DNA from: Octopus bimaculoides
Lineage: Eukaryota
Assembly: GCF_001194135.2 (NCBI RefSeq)
Contig: NC_068990.1
Span: 87,314,496-87,346,770 of the forward strand
DNA: 32,275 bases
Direction of reading: 5' to 3'
Shown here: positions 10,891-22,110 of the stretch, piece by piece
How positions within the stretch are numbered: position 1 is the stretch's first letter
Layout of the letters: the number at the start of each line of letters is the position of its first letter
The notes under the pieces: generated by a model
Told to the model about the DNA's origin: nothing
What the model saw: only the letters and a program-made list of their open reading frames with translations
The model's database searches: none
Position numbers and translations under genes: made by a program

Positions 10891-11106
10891 ACTTAGAATG
10901 CACTGATGGTGAGGGTTAGAATAAAAGCCCATTAACATGCCCCCTCCCCCCTCTCAGTAATGCTTTCACTCTTTGGGCAAAAGAAAAATGTTTTGAGCCC
11001 TATTCCGGGAAGGCAAAGGTTTTCACTTCCATTTGGCCCTGGAGATGAAGAACAACTGACATTTTTTGTTAAAAAAATAAGTCAGCTTATTTTTAAAAAA
11101 AACATA

Positions 11107-11856
11107 CTGTGGTTAAGAAGCTTGTTTTGCAACCAGAGAGTTTTGAGTTTGATCCCACTGCACAGCACTTTGGGTAAGTGTCTTCTGTTATTGCCTGTGC
11201 TGCTTTAAGGAATGGGCACACTGGGCAGTTGCCTAGGTGCCTCATGGGTCTAGGAGTTGTATTCTGATCTTTGCATGCTGTAGAAAAATTAGACAGATAG
11301 TGGGCTGCTTTCTGATTCTGTCTATAAAATCCACTCACAAGGCTTTGGTCATCCCAAGGCTATAGTAGAAGACACCTGCTCAAGGCATGCAATGGTAAGT
11401 CGATGTCGGTGAAATTTGAATGCAGAACATAACAATGGGTGAAATACTGCCTAGCATTTCTTCCAGCTCGCTAACGAACCTGCTAGTTCGCCACCTTGAA
11501 CAACAACAACAACAACAATAACAATAATATAATAATAATAATGATAATAATGGCTTTAAATTTTGGCACAAGGCCAGCAATTTCAGTGAAAGTTGGGGTT
11601 AGGCAATTACATCAACCCAACTGCTTAACTGATGCTTATTTTATCAAACCTTTGAAGATGAAAGGCTAAGTCAACCTTGGTAGTATTTGAACTCAAAATG
11701 TAAGGAACTAGAGGAGATTCCTTTTAATTTTAGTACAAGGACAGCCCTTTTAGTGGGAGATGGTTAGTTGATTACATTGACCCCTGTACTTGACTGGTAT
11801 GTTTTAGTGAAAGGATGAAAGGCAAAGTCGGCCATGGTGGAATTTGAACTCAGAAC
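11107..11856. mobile_element. Cluster of nested or degenerate SINE fragments (family A in both orientations, family B minus strand)
   Basis: Family A head (+, ~11107-11190), family A head (-, ~11300-11398), family B head (-, ~11398-11510) and two family B bodies (TGAAAGGCAAAGTCG..AATTTGAACTCA) at ~11545-11856. Confidence 0.6.
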
Positions 11857-12035
11857 TTAACCCTTTCATTACTATATTTATTTTAAGAAGCTCTGCGTTT
11901 CTTTTAAGTATTTTAAATATAACAAAGAATTTAGTAAAATAACTTAATTATCATTAAGCTAGTGTTAGGAACATAAATTGTGACTAAGGTTTGGTGGAAG
12001 ATTTTAATTCAAAACTTATGAAAACAAGACATTTG
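11857..12035 (+). mobile_element. piggyBac-like MITE, left arm only
   Basis: Begins TTAA|CCCTTTC and aligns with the arms of the element at 16549-16871. It interrupts a family B SINE. Confidence 0.75.
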
Positions 12036-12951
12036 CAGTGCCATCATCAGTTGCACAAATAAATAGAATTTTAACAAATTGGACACAAGAATATAATTTT
12101 TCTCGGATTTTTTTAAAACGGGGGCCACATTTTTCATTAATGTTTTATGTAGTGTTTTTGGTACGGAAAAACTTTCAAACTTCGTATACTTATCTATTTT
12201 GTGTTATAGAACAGAAAAATATTTTTGTATTCGAATTTATTTCATGTAAAAAATTGTCTTATTTCGATAATTTCAACCAATCACTGACAAGTATTNNNNN
12301 NNNNNNNNNNNNNNNNNNNNNNNNNNNNNNNNNNNNNNNNNNNNNNNNNNNNNNNNNNNNNNNNNNNNNNNNNNNNNNNNNNNNNNNNNNNNNNNNNNNN
12401 NNNNNNNNNNNNNNNNNNNNNNNNNNNNNNNNNNNNNNNNNNNNNNNNNNNNNNNNNNNNNNNNNNNNNNNNNNNNNNNNNNNNNNNNNNNNNNNNNNNN
12501 NNNNNNNNNNNNNNNNNNNNNNNNNNNNNNNNNNNNNNNNNNNNNNNNNNNNNNNNNNNNNNNNNNNNNNNNNNNNNNNNNNNNNNNNNNNNNNNNNNNN
12601 NNNNNNNNNNNNNNNNNNNNNNNNNNNNNNNNNNNNNNNNNNNNNNNNNNNNNNNNNNNNNNNNNNNNNNNNNNNNNNNNNNNNNNNNNNNNNNNNNNNN
12701 NNNNNNNNNNNNNNNNNNNNNNNNNNNNNNNNNNNNNNNNNNNNNNNNNNNNNNNNNNNNNNNNNNNNNNNNNNNNNNNNNNNNNNNNNNNNNNNNNNNN
12801 NNNNNNNNNNNNNNNNNNNNNNNNNNNNNNNNNNNNNNNNNNNNNNNNNNNNNNNNNNNNNNNNNNNNNNNNNNNNNNNNNNNNNNNNNNNNNNNNNNNN
12901 NNNNNNNNNNNNNNNNNNNNNNNNNNNNNNNNNNNNNNNNTCTCAATTATT

Positions 12952-13009
<58 letters not shown>

Positions 13010-13015
<6 letters not shown>

Positions 13016-14360
13016 TATCGTGGAAGAGTCGGTCGTGCAATCTTAAAATACAAAATCTGTTTAATTCACTCCCATTTACTTATTCGGATTTCAAAATTAT
13101 AACAGAACAACGACAATTTAGCCATTTGACACTCCAATATAACTAAGACTATGTCACTGACGAAGATTTTGACACTTCAACACAGTATCAGAATGAATCC
13201 ACTCGCAAGACAAGTAGAACCGCTGTTTAAAAGTCTGGAATCAGTTGTATTTACACACACGCATCTGAGTGTACGTGTACGTGATTGATTGCGTCATAGC
13301 AACAATGTAAGGGAGATAACTGTATACAGATTTGACAAAAACCCACGCAAAAACAGAAAAAAAGTATAACAAAACAATTACCCCCACCTACCCTACAAAA
13401 CTTACAATTAAAAAAAACCCACTTCAATTATCTCAAGCGAAGTGGGTAGGGTTAGTATATATATATATATATATATATATCTTTGTGTATTAGTAGTTTG
13501 GTCGGAAGACAATCATTAATGTAGTTTGAATAGACCGTAAGAGTCGGATTGTTTGGTGCAGTAAGCCGAGGGGTCAATTAGCAGAAAACCAGAACCCCAC
13601 AAATGACAAAAGAAACACCGAACGAAGAAGATACATTTCTACAACAACAACAACAATTAACTAGGATTAAACAAGCGTGAAAGACTTGATAAAAGGAAGA
13701 AGTGAAATTATAAATAAAAAGGGGGCGGTGCTCGTTAGGAGTTTTGTTAACTTTTAACGCTATCACCACCGCCGCCGCCACTACCATCAAATGTAGGAGG
13801 TTGAAGGCTATGTGCGTATATGTATGTATTTATGTATATGTGTGCGTGTGTGTGTTTGTGTAAGTTGTATTAACGGATAGTTTGAGATTGCAAACGATCA
13901 CTTAGTCAAAAGTAATTAATCAGTCTTGAACGAAGCTTAAGAAATCGATGTTTACCGTTCAAACCATACAAATCAACACACACACACACTACAGCGATGT
14001 TTTAACATGGCACTATGTGCGTAAATGCTAAGGTAAGCGTTTTTGTTACTTTCAAATGAAAAGGGGTCGGGTTCGTATCCTTCGTATTCCTCTAATTTTT
14101 CTTTCTTTCATTTTTGTCTTTTTCTTCTGGGTGCGCTGCTTCAGCCTCCAATTCTTCTTCTTCTTCTTCACCACAACCTCTGAGTAAAACCATTCCGTTT
14201 CCCACCCGCTTTAGCTATTGTATTAGATTTCTTTTCCCTCATTTCCTTTTCCTTGTTTCCTCCCCCACAATTTTCTTGTCTTTCTCGTTCTATAATTCGT
14301 ATATACTGGCTTGCTCCAGTAGGTTCCGCTGAACCTTCTTGTGTGCGACCAGTTGCTGTA
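13010..14360. promoter_or_regulatory. CpG-enriched unique region, possible promoter or first exon(s)
   Basis: By-eye count of about 45-50 CpG in ~1.35 kb, against about 14 in 24.8-26.8 kb. Donor-like sites GCA|GTAAGC (13560/13561) and AAG|GTAAGC (14033/14034) on the + strand. Confidence 0.35.
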
Positions 14361-14859
14361 ATAAAAAAAATTTTTTAAATTCCCCACAAATAGTTTCAAT
14401 ACAGTTTTAATAGAAAGATTTGGGAAAATTAGAAGAAAGTTCTCAAGTAATTTTCTTTCGTATAAATAAATGTTCATGTTAATTTAAGAATTTGCCAGTG
14501 AAATCTTTTTAAACGACTCTATTCCAAAAGACCTACATGTTTATATGCTGTATATGAAAATAAAACATATTCTAATAATTTATAAGGAATCTGGGGGGTG
14601 TTTGGGTGAGAACAAGTCTCTCACACATTCTTTTTTTTAACTTTTATTTTTGATAAAAGCGTTACTGACCTCTGCCATGTAGGGATCTTTGGCGCTGTAA
14701 ACTAGAGGTCGAAACACACTTAGACACTTGCTTCCAATGGATTTAATTTTACTACAACAAATTAACATCACAGATTCAGAACTTCATACTTATAAAGAAA
14801 CGGAAAGCAGGAAGTCAGAGCATTTATGCTTTTGCTAAGATGGTTCAAAATATAATAGA

Positions 14860-14928
14860 AAAAGGCTGATGAGTCTGTGAAGTGGAATCAGGTCACAGAC
14901 GGAACTCACAATAAAATGACTGCTTTTT
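14860..14928 (+). ncRNA. Type I hammerhead-ribozyme-like fold, mutated core
   Basis: Stem I AAAAGG/CTTTTT, CTGATGA (14866-14872), perfect 8-bp stem II GTCTGTGA/TCACAGAC, GGAA (canonical GAAA), stem III ACTCA/TGACT with one mismatch. Confidence 0.6.
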
Positions 14929-14984
14929 ATACATGAAATATAATAGTTGCAGATAGAACAATACTTTTGAGGAATGATGTTAAA

Positions 14985-15300
14985 ACACGTTTATGTGTAT
15001 GTATTGTCTTTCTATATTTATGTATAAATATGTCTGTGTATGTAAGTATATGTGTGCGTATGCATGAATGAATATATCTGTATGTGTATGCATGTATATA
15101 TATATGTATATGTATGTATATATGTGTATGTATGTATATATGTGTATATATATATGTATGTATATATATATGTATGTATATATATATGTATATGTATGTA
15201 TGTATGTGTGTATATATATATATGTATGTGTGTGCATACATATATATGTATATATATGTATATATGTGAGAGAAAGAAAGAGAGAGAGAGATAGCTAAAT
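14985..15300. repeat. Compound (TA)n/(TG)n/(TATG)n/(GA)n microsatellite field
   Basis: Directly visible; it explains the overlapping YI/MY/HT-rich ORFs. Confidence 0.9.
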
Positions 15301-15606
15301 AGATACAATCATACATACACACATAATATAGGTATGTGAATCAATAGGTAATCACCTCTACCCTCAACCCCTGTAACCCCCCCATTACTATCCTATCTTT
15401 AATCATTCCTCGCTCTCCCTGAACTCTCTTTCAACCTCTACCCAACCATTCCTCCTGTGCCTCTGTTCCGAGAGTCTACGCTAACACCTCATTACCACAT
15501 CGCAGCGTTCTGAGTCCTTCCTTCATGGCATGTAGCTTACAACATCTCCTTCAATTGAATGGGGTTACAGTAGAGAGGGAGGTTGCTTTATACTAGGGAA
15601 CCTCTC

Positions 15607-15643
<37 letters not shown>

Positions 15644-16548
15644 TACACACAGAGACCCCCATCCACCCACCATATATAATATATATAAGTGTGAGAGTGT
15701 GTGTATATTTTCTTGGTCATCTATCAGTCTCATGCTACCAACACAACCAGCATCAATATCAGAAGAATACAACCACTGCCATTACTTACTCAGAAACTCC
15801 TTAATGGCCAACAACAACAGCAACAATATTATGAACAAGATAAGTAACTCCATTTAAAATAAAAAAAAACCCCCAGAAAAATAGTAGATAATATGGTACC
15901 CTTGTATACTTTAAACTTTGAATGAAATGTCTTTGATCTTGGATCAATGAAGATCGAATTGCAACCAATCAGCAACCACATTACAATAAACAAGAATAGT
16001 ACGATCACTGCCACCAACCATAGTACTCCCACCATTTTCATCATCACCAACATGAAAACCAATAAAACCAACAACAACACCAGCAACAACCCACCAACTT
16101 TTGAATAACCGACTGGCTAGCAACAACAATAATAGTATCAGCATGATAATGTCTGAAGCTACATATGTTGTATGTCGACATAACGTGTGTGTGTAGTTTT
16201 ATGGCTCTAGATGGAGGGTAATCTTTCAATTAACTGTAATCATACAGTACTTCTACCCACCTCACTCCTTCACCTATTTATCTTCTCATTACCATTCTTA
16301 CATCTATAGGAATAAGACAACAACTTTCTGTTTTCACAAAACAGTTCTTTTCTAATACTGCTTTTGTTTTTACTACATATTTGTTGTTGATAATGTTGTT
16401 TATCAGTACTATTGAATTTATCCATTTAGTTTTTATGTGGAACCAAAGGTAGTAATGAAATAAGGAACTGCAAAAAGGATTTCACCGCATATTAAAACTT
16501 GATGTTTTAAAAAGATTTTGATGTGGGAGAAAACCATCAGCCATACTG

Positions 16549-16871
16549 CCCTTTCGTTACCGTATTTATTTTGAGATGCTCTGTGTTTCTTTCAATTATT
16601 TTAAATATAACAAAGAATTAAGTAAAATAACTTAGTTATCATTAAGCTAGTATTAGGAACATAAATTGTGACTAAACTCTGGCTCTGAGTACAAATGTCT
16701 TTGTTTTCATAGGTTTTGAATTAAAATCTTCCACCAAACCTTTGTCACAGTTTATGTTCCTGTCACTAACTTAATGATAACTAAGTTATTTTACTAAATT
16801 CTTTGTTATATTTAAAGCAATTGAAAGAAACACAGAGCATCTCAAAATAAATACAGTAACGAAAGGGTTAA
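16549..16871. mobile_element. piggyBac-like palindromic MITE
   Basis: CCCTTTCGTTAC..GTAACGAAAGGG|TTAA. Inverted arms of about 127 bp (16549-16675 and 16741-16867) with a 65-bp spacer. Right TTAA present, left TTAA absent. Confidence 0.85.
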
Positions 16872-17340
16872 GTGAGGAATTTTCGATATGAGTTTTGTAA
16901 GCCAAGTACAGTGAAAGGCTTTATTGGTGTTGAGAGAAACACGGTTACTTTCAATGAACTCATCTAAAGTGAGAGCTCACCGGTGTCTGATGTAAGAGAG
17001 TCGGTGTTCAGTGGATCTTGCTGTGTGGAAGCTGTACTGATGGTAACTAAGAACAGAGAGAGAAATTAAAGTTCATGGAGAACATCATTGTTAGTGGATA
17101 TTTCTATTATCTTGGAGGTGTTAGAAGTGGGTGCAATGGGGCAATATTTGACTGGATTTGAGAAATTACCTTTTTTGAAACAGGACACACTGAGATGTGT
17201 TTCAAGATATCAGTGTGTATCCCTGTAGAGAGTGAAAGAATAAAGAGTTTGTTGGATATAAAGAGCATATTTCTGGGGTTCAGTGTGTATGGGTACTAGA
17301 AGGGACACTGTCAGGGCTGGTGGGTTTGTTCCACACTGGG
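16872..17340 (-). mobile_element. Decayed LINE reverse-transcriptase fragment (CR1/Jockey-like)
   Basis: PDSVP..ISNKLFILSLSTGIHTDILKHISVCPVSK/KGNFSNPVKYCPIAPTSNTSKIIE..NKAFHCTW resembles GPDGIP..SKLFQLSLSTG.FP..WK.A.V.PI.KKGD.SNP.NYRPIALTS..SK..E..D.SKAFD.VW. Several frameshifts and stops. Confidence 0.7.
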
Positions 17341-17831
17341 TAGTGTGTGTTAAATGTGTTTGCTTTTTAAATGGGAAGAGCATCGTTTAATGGGGATGTG
17401 AGAGCCATTTGTAGCAGGTCACGTGACCACACAGAGGCTCCTTGGTGTGTGTGTGTGTTCGTGTTCATGCATGTGTGTATTTAGGTCACTAAACTTTTCA
17501 CATATAAACTAGATAAACATGGTGTAAATTTTATTTTCTATTTCCTGTAGACACACACACCAAACATGCACACATATGTGCACACACAGACACACACACG
17601 CCTGTTTGTAGACAGTCTACTCCTCTTTCGTAAAGAATGTAGACATTTATGTGTATTTGTGCATGAAAGACACAAATACAATATACACACAAATACAATA
17701 TACACACATATACACACATATACACATACCTATATATATTTGTAGGTTTAGAAAGAAGGCTTTGTATATGCTTCCGACCTCATCTGGGCTGTTTACAAAC
17801 CTACAAGAAAATGTAAGTTTCTATAGATTTA

Positions 17832-17834
<3 letters not shown>

Positions 17835-17911
<77 letters not shown>
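17835..17911. repeat. (TA)n microsatellite
   Basis: Uninterrupted AT dinucleotide run of about 77 bp. Confidence 0.95.
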
Positions 17912-17916
<5 letters not shown>

Positions 17917-18189
17917 GTGTGTTCATATGATTACCTGAAATACATCTGTGTATAAACAATATATATATAAAAGAAAGTATAAATAGAGTCAAAATGAAGA
18001 GGGGTACAATTCAACAGCCATTTAATGACCACTATACAAGTCTCATTTTTCACACATGAAGAATGTCTAAGCCTAGAATTGGTGGTAAACCATAATACTG
18101 CTGGGTATCTGGTAATTCTAAGAGTGAATGGGCTCTATTTTGTACTCTAATATGTTCTTCATGGAATACACTTCAAATATATATATTTC

Positions 18190-18273
18190 CAGCCATCTGG
18201 TTTGCCAGTCCTCAGTCAAATCGTCCAGCCCATGCTAGCATGGAAAGCGGACGTTAAACGATGACGATGATGA
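18190..18273 (+). mobile_element. 5'-truncated RTE-type (GAT)n tail
   Basis: CAGCCATCTGG..CAGTCCTCAGTCAAATCGTCC..GCATGGAAAGCGGACGTTAAACGATGACGATG. Confidence 0.85.
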
Positions 18274-18440
18274 TATGTATATATATATATATATATGTAT
18301 ATATATTAACAATATTAATGATAGGAGTTACTACAATGTTGCAAGGCATTACCTTAAATTCTTTCCTTTATACACCATCTTATATGGACCAACACATGTT
18401 TCTGAGAGCAACCGGTAATCGTTTTGGTGTAATCCCTTAC

Positions 18441-18505
<65 letters not shown>

Positions 18506-18509
18506 GTAT

Positions 18510-18912
18510 ATGTATGTTTGTTCAGTTTTATTTCAAGATTTCTTGCCAATAGAGAAAGAGCTGGTTTCTAACCTAGATTCAAAGCTTTTCCATTGGAATA
18601 TCAACAACAGGGTATTTTTGTTTGTTTGTATGTATGTATGTATGTATGTATGTATGTATGTATGTATTTTTGTATGTATGTATGAATATGGGCAGATTTT
18701 AATGTTTTATGTATGTATCCTCATGCATATAGCTACATATCTAGACATGCTCATATATATGTATTCAAATGATAAACTTTTGGGAAGTTTTACAGATTTT
18801 TACAGTTCCAGTGATGGTTTGGATCTGTAGTCTTCGAATTAGCTTTCTCCTTTCTGGTTTTGAGAAGCCTAATTTCTCAAGATTAGTATTTAGGCAGTGT
18901 GTTACATATCCC
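18510..18912 (+). repeat. Unclassified ~400-bp dispersed repeat with internal (GTAT)n
   Basis: High similarity to the reverse complement of 26810-27235 and to 29815-29950. Confidence 0.85.
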
Positions 18913-19020
18913 AGGACCCCAATAATTACAGGTATAAACCTGAACTTGTAATCTGGATAGAGTAAGTACAGATTTCTCGATAGTTCTGCATATATATATG
19001 TATGTATGTATATATATATG

Positions 19021-19411
19021 TATGTATGTCTTTAGCAATGGACCTCATTGATCTTCTGAGGCTTCCATCGATAATGTTTTGAACATGTCGTATAAATTCC
19101 GGTGTCCTTTTAGTGTTTGAGCATGGTGAATATTTTTTTCTCTTTGATAAAGGTGAAACATTATCATTACATGCTTCCATTTCCAATCAAACTTTGTGTA
19201 CAAATGATCTTGCAACATGTAGAAAGATGCTAATTTCTAAATCACGGTGGTTTGCATGTATAGCCAGTATGACTGTATGTCTTTTCATTTCTTGAGTTAG
19301 CATGATATCTAGAAAGGGGTATCTGAAAAAAGAAAAAAAATGATATAGTAATTAATTTGAAGGTGTAGTGAACTAAAAACGAAATGTCATCAAATACCCC
19401 GTGCACCCTGT
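19021..19411 (-). mobile_element. Tc1/mariner element 5' end: terminal repeat plus transposase N-terminus (pseudogene)
   Basis: Terminus ACAGGGTGCACGGGGTATTTGATG. ATG at 19303 gives MLTQEMKRHTVILAIHANHRDLEISIFLHVARSFVHKV*LEMEA..KRTPEFIRHVQNIIDGSLRRSMRSIAKD, consistent with an HTH DNA-binding region. Confidence 0.7.
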
Positions 19412-19444
19412 CTGTGTGTGTATATATATATGTAGAGAGAGAGA

Positions 19445-19838
19445 GAGTAGCTGTGTGGTAAATAGCTTGCTTACTAACCACATGGTTTCAGGTTCAGTCC
19501 CACTGCATGACACCTTAGGCAAGTGTCTTCTACCATAGCCTCAGGCTGACCAAAATCTTGTGAGTGGATTTGGTAGATGGAAACTGAAAGAAGCCCATAG
19601 TATATATATGTATATATGTATACGTTTGTGCGTCTGTGTTTGTCCCCCCCCCCCACCATCGACTGACAACCGATGTTGGTGTTTCTACATCCCCCGTAAC
19701 TTAGCGGTTTGGCAAAACAGACTGATAGAAAAAGTTCTAGGCTTACAGAGAATAAGTCCGGCGGTCAATTTGCTTGACTACAAGCGGTGCTCCAGCATGG
19801 CTGCAGTCAAATGACTGAAACAAATAAAAGAGTAAAAG
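19445..19838 (+). mobile_element. Family A SINE, full length
   Basis: Head, CORE-like block, internal microsatellite and tail all present. Confidence 0.9.
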
Positions 19839-19860
19839 AAATTATATATAAATAGGTTTA

Positions 19861-20019
19861 GGAGTGGCTGTGTGGTAAGTAGCTTGCTTACGAACCACAT
19901 GGTTCCGGGTTCAGTCCCACTACGTGGCACCTTGGACAAGTGTCTTCTACTATAGCCTCGGGCTGACCAAAGCCTTGTGAGTGGATTTGGTAGACGGAAA
20001 CTGAAAGAAGCCTGTCGTA

Positions 20020-20108
<89 letters not shown>

Positions 20109-20331
20109 ATATGTTTGTGTGTCTGTGTTTGTCCACCCCACCCCCAACATCACTTGACAACCGATATTGGTGTGTCTACGTCCCCTGTAACTTAGAGGTT
20201 CGGCAAAACAGACTGATAGAATAAGTACTAGGCTTACAAAGAATAAGTCCTGAGGTCGATTTGCTCGACTAAAGGCGGTGCTCCAGCATGGCCGCAGTCA
20301 AATGACTGAAACAAGTAAAAGAGTAAAAGAG
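19861..20331 (+). mobile_element. Family A SINE, full length, expanded internal (TA)n
   Basis: Same structure as 19445-19838, with an internal (TA)n(TG)n tract of about 90 bp. Confidence 0.92.
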
Positions 20332-21100
20332 AGAAAATTAGAAATATTTATTCATGTTTTGAGTTTTATTTTCCCTGCTTGCTTTGCCAGACCTCTCTGT
20401 GTGTGCGTGCATAAATACACACACACACACGCACGCACGCACGCACGCACTCACATACAGACACACATGCACAAATGTATTTAGGTTAAATATTTTATAT
20501 ATGTATTCATCTATATAGGTGTATATATCATCATCATTTAATATTTGTTTTCCAGGCTATATATATGGCGGATGTTAAATGATGATGATGATATATACAT
20601 ACATACATATATATAAATGAACATGTATGTGTCTGTGTGTGAAATATTTTCTAAAACTAAGCAGTTATTAATACAAATTTTTTTCCACAAATTCAACTCA
20701 CAGCCTGGTTTTATTAATTTACTCAAATACTTCAACATTATTTCATAAACTCTCATACTTCCACCTTTCACAATTTCCATATATCTTACCTCTAACTTTC
20801 ACACAGATAAAGAAAAAAAAAGAAAATGGAGGAATTTCTACACTGGTGACTTCCCCACCTATTTTCAGGTGTCACACTCATTGCAAACACTTTAATTTTA
20901 TCACCAAACTATTGTTCGATGATAGAACCTTGTACTTTTGCTTTTTGTTTTACAGATGTTTATTTAAAGATAATATATATATACATATGTACATACACAC
21001 ACACACACTCACATATATATATATATATACACATATATATTTTATATATATATATTATATATGTATATAATATATATATATATATTGTGTGTGTGTGTAT

Positions 21101-21192
21101 GCTTCTAAAGCTGAACATTAGAAGCATCAGTTGTGGTGTGCAAGAGAGACGATTGCACTGGTATGGACATGTAGTGAGAATGGATGAGGATA
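21101..21192 (+). mobile_element. RTE-clade LINE RT C-terminal fragment, runs into a gap
   Basis: LLKLNIRSISCGVQERRLHWYGHVVRMDED matches the RTE RRLxWxGHVxRM motif. Confidence 0.85.
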
Positions 21193-21714
21193 NNNNNNNN
21201 NNNNNNNNNNNNNNNNNNNNNNNNNNNNNNNNNNNNNNNNNNNNNNNNNNNNNNNNNNNNNNNNNNNNNNNNNNNNNNNNNNNNNNNNNNNNNNNNNNNN
21301 NNNNNNNNNNNNNNNNNNNNNNNNNNNNNNNNNNNNNNNNNNNNNNNNNNNNNNNNNNNNNNNNNNNNNNNNNNNNNNNNNNNNNNNNNNNNNNNNNNNN
21401 NNNNNNNNNNNNNNNNNNNNNNNNNNNNNNNNNNNNNNNNNNNNNNNNNNNNNNNNNNNNNNNNNNNNNNNNNNNNNNNNNNNNNNNNNNNNNNNNNNNN
21501 NNNNNNNNNNNNNNNNNNNNNNNNNNNNNNNNNNNNNNNNNNNNNNNNNNNNNNNNNNNNNNNNNNNNNNNNNNNNNNNNNNNNNNNNNNNNNNNNNNNN
21601 NNNNNNNNNNNNNNNNNNNNNNNNNNNNNNNNNNNNNNNNNNNNNNNNNNNNNNNNNNNNNNNNNNNNNNNNNNNNNNNNNNNNNNNNNNNNNNNNNNNN
21701 NNNNNNNNNNNNNN

Positions 21715-21760
21715 TATCTTTTATCTTTTACTTGTTTCAGTCATTAGACTGCAGCCAAAA
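21715..21760 (-). mobile_element. Isolated family A-type SINE/LINE 3' tail
   Basis: Minus strand GGCTGCAGTCTAATGACTGAAACAAGTAAAAGATAAAAGATA. Confidence 0.75.
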
Positions 21761-21796
21761 TAACATAAAGATATCTTGAAATACTAAAGAGTAAAT

Positions 21797-22110
21797 TCAT
21801 TTAATAAAATCGCCATTAGCTTCAATCACTGCCTCCAGATGACTTCAGAATCTCCTGCAACTCTTCTGTACAGTCTCCATGTTTAAATTGGTGAATGCTG
21901 CCATAATCCTTATTTTCAATTCATCTTTGGTGTTACAAGGAGTTTTGTTGGTCTCTCCACACAGTAATCAAGGAGGTTGCAGGCTGGGGAGTTAGGTGGC
22001 CAGATGTTAAGGGTGGTGTGGTGGCAGAAATTGTCTGACAGCCATGACTGGTTTCTCGTGCTTGTGTTTCATGGTTCAGAATTCTGTTGCCAGACATAGA
22101 GTCCTCTAGC
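21797..22110 (-). mobile_element. Tc1/mariner transposase C-terminal catalytic fragment (pseudogene)
   Basis: YVWQQNSEP..SWLSDNFCHHTTLNIWPPNSPACNLLDYCVW..TNKTPCNTKDELKIRIMAAFTNLNMETVQKSCRRF*SHLEAVIEANGDFIK* matches the WQQDSAP and WPPxSPDLNPLDYxVW motifs. Confidence 0.85.

Noticed and set aside
13150-13185. TGTCA-CTGACGA-AGATTT-TGACA hammerhead-like start
   Set aside because: No stem II and no GAAA.
14927-15322. YI/HT/MY/CV-rich ORFs here and at 1.6-2.1, 17.6-18.0, 20.0-20.2, 26.9-27.1 and 30.2-30.4 kb
   Set aside because: Translations of (TA)n, (CA)n and (TATG)n microsatellites.
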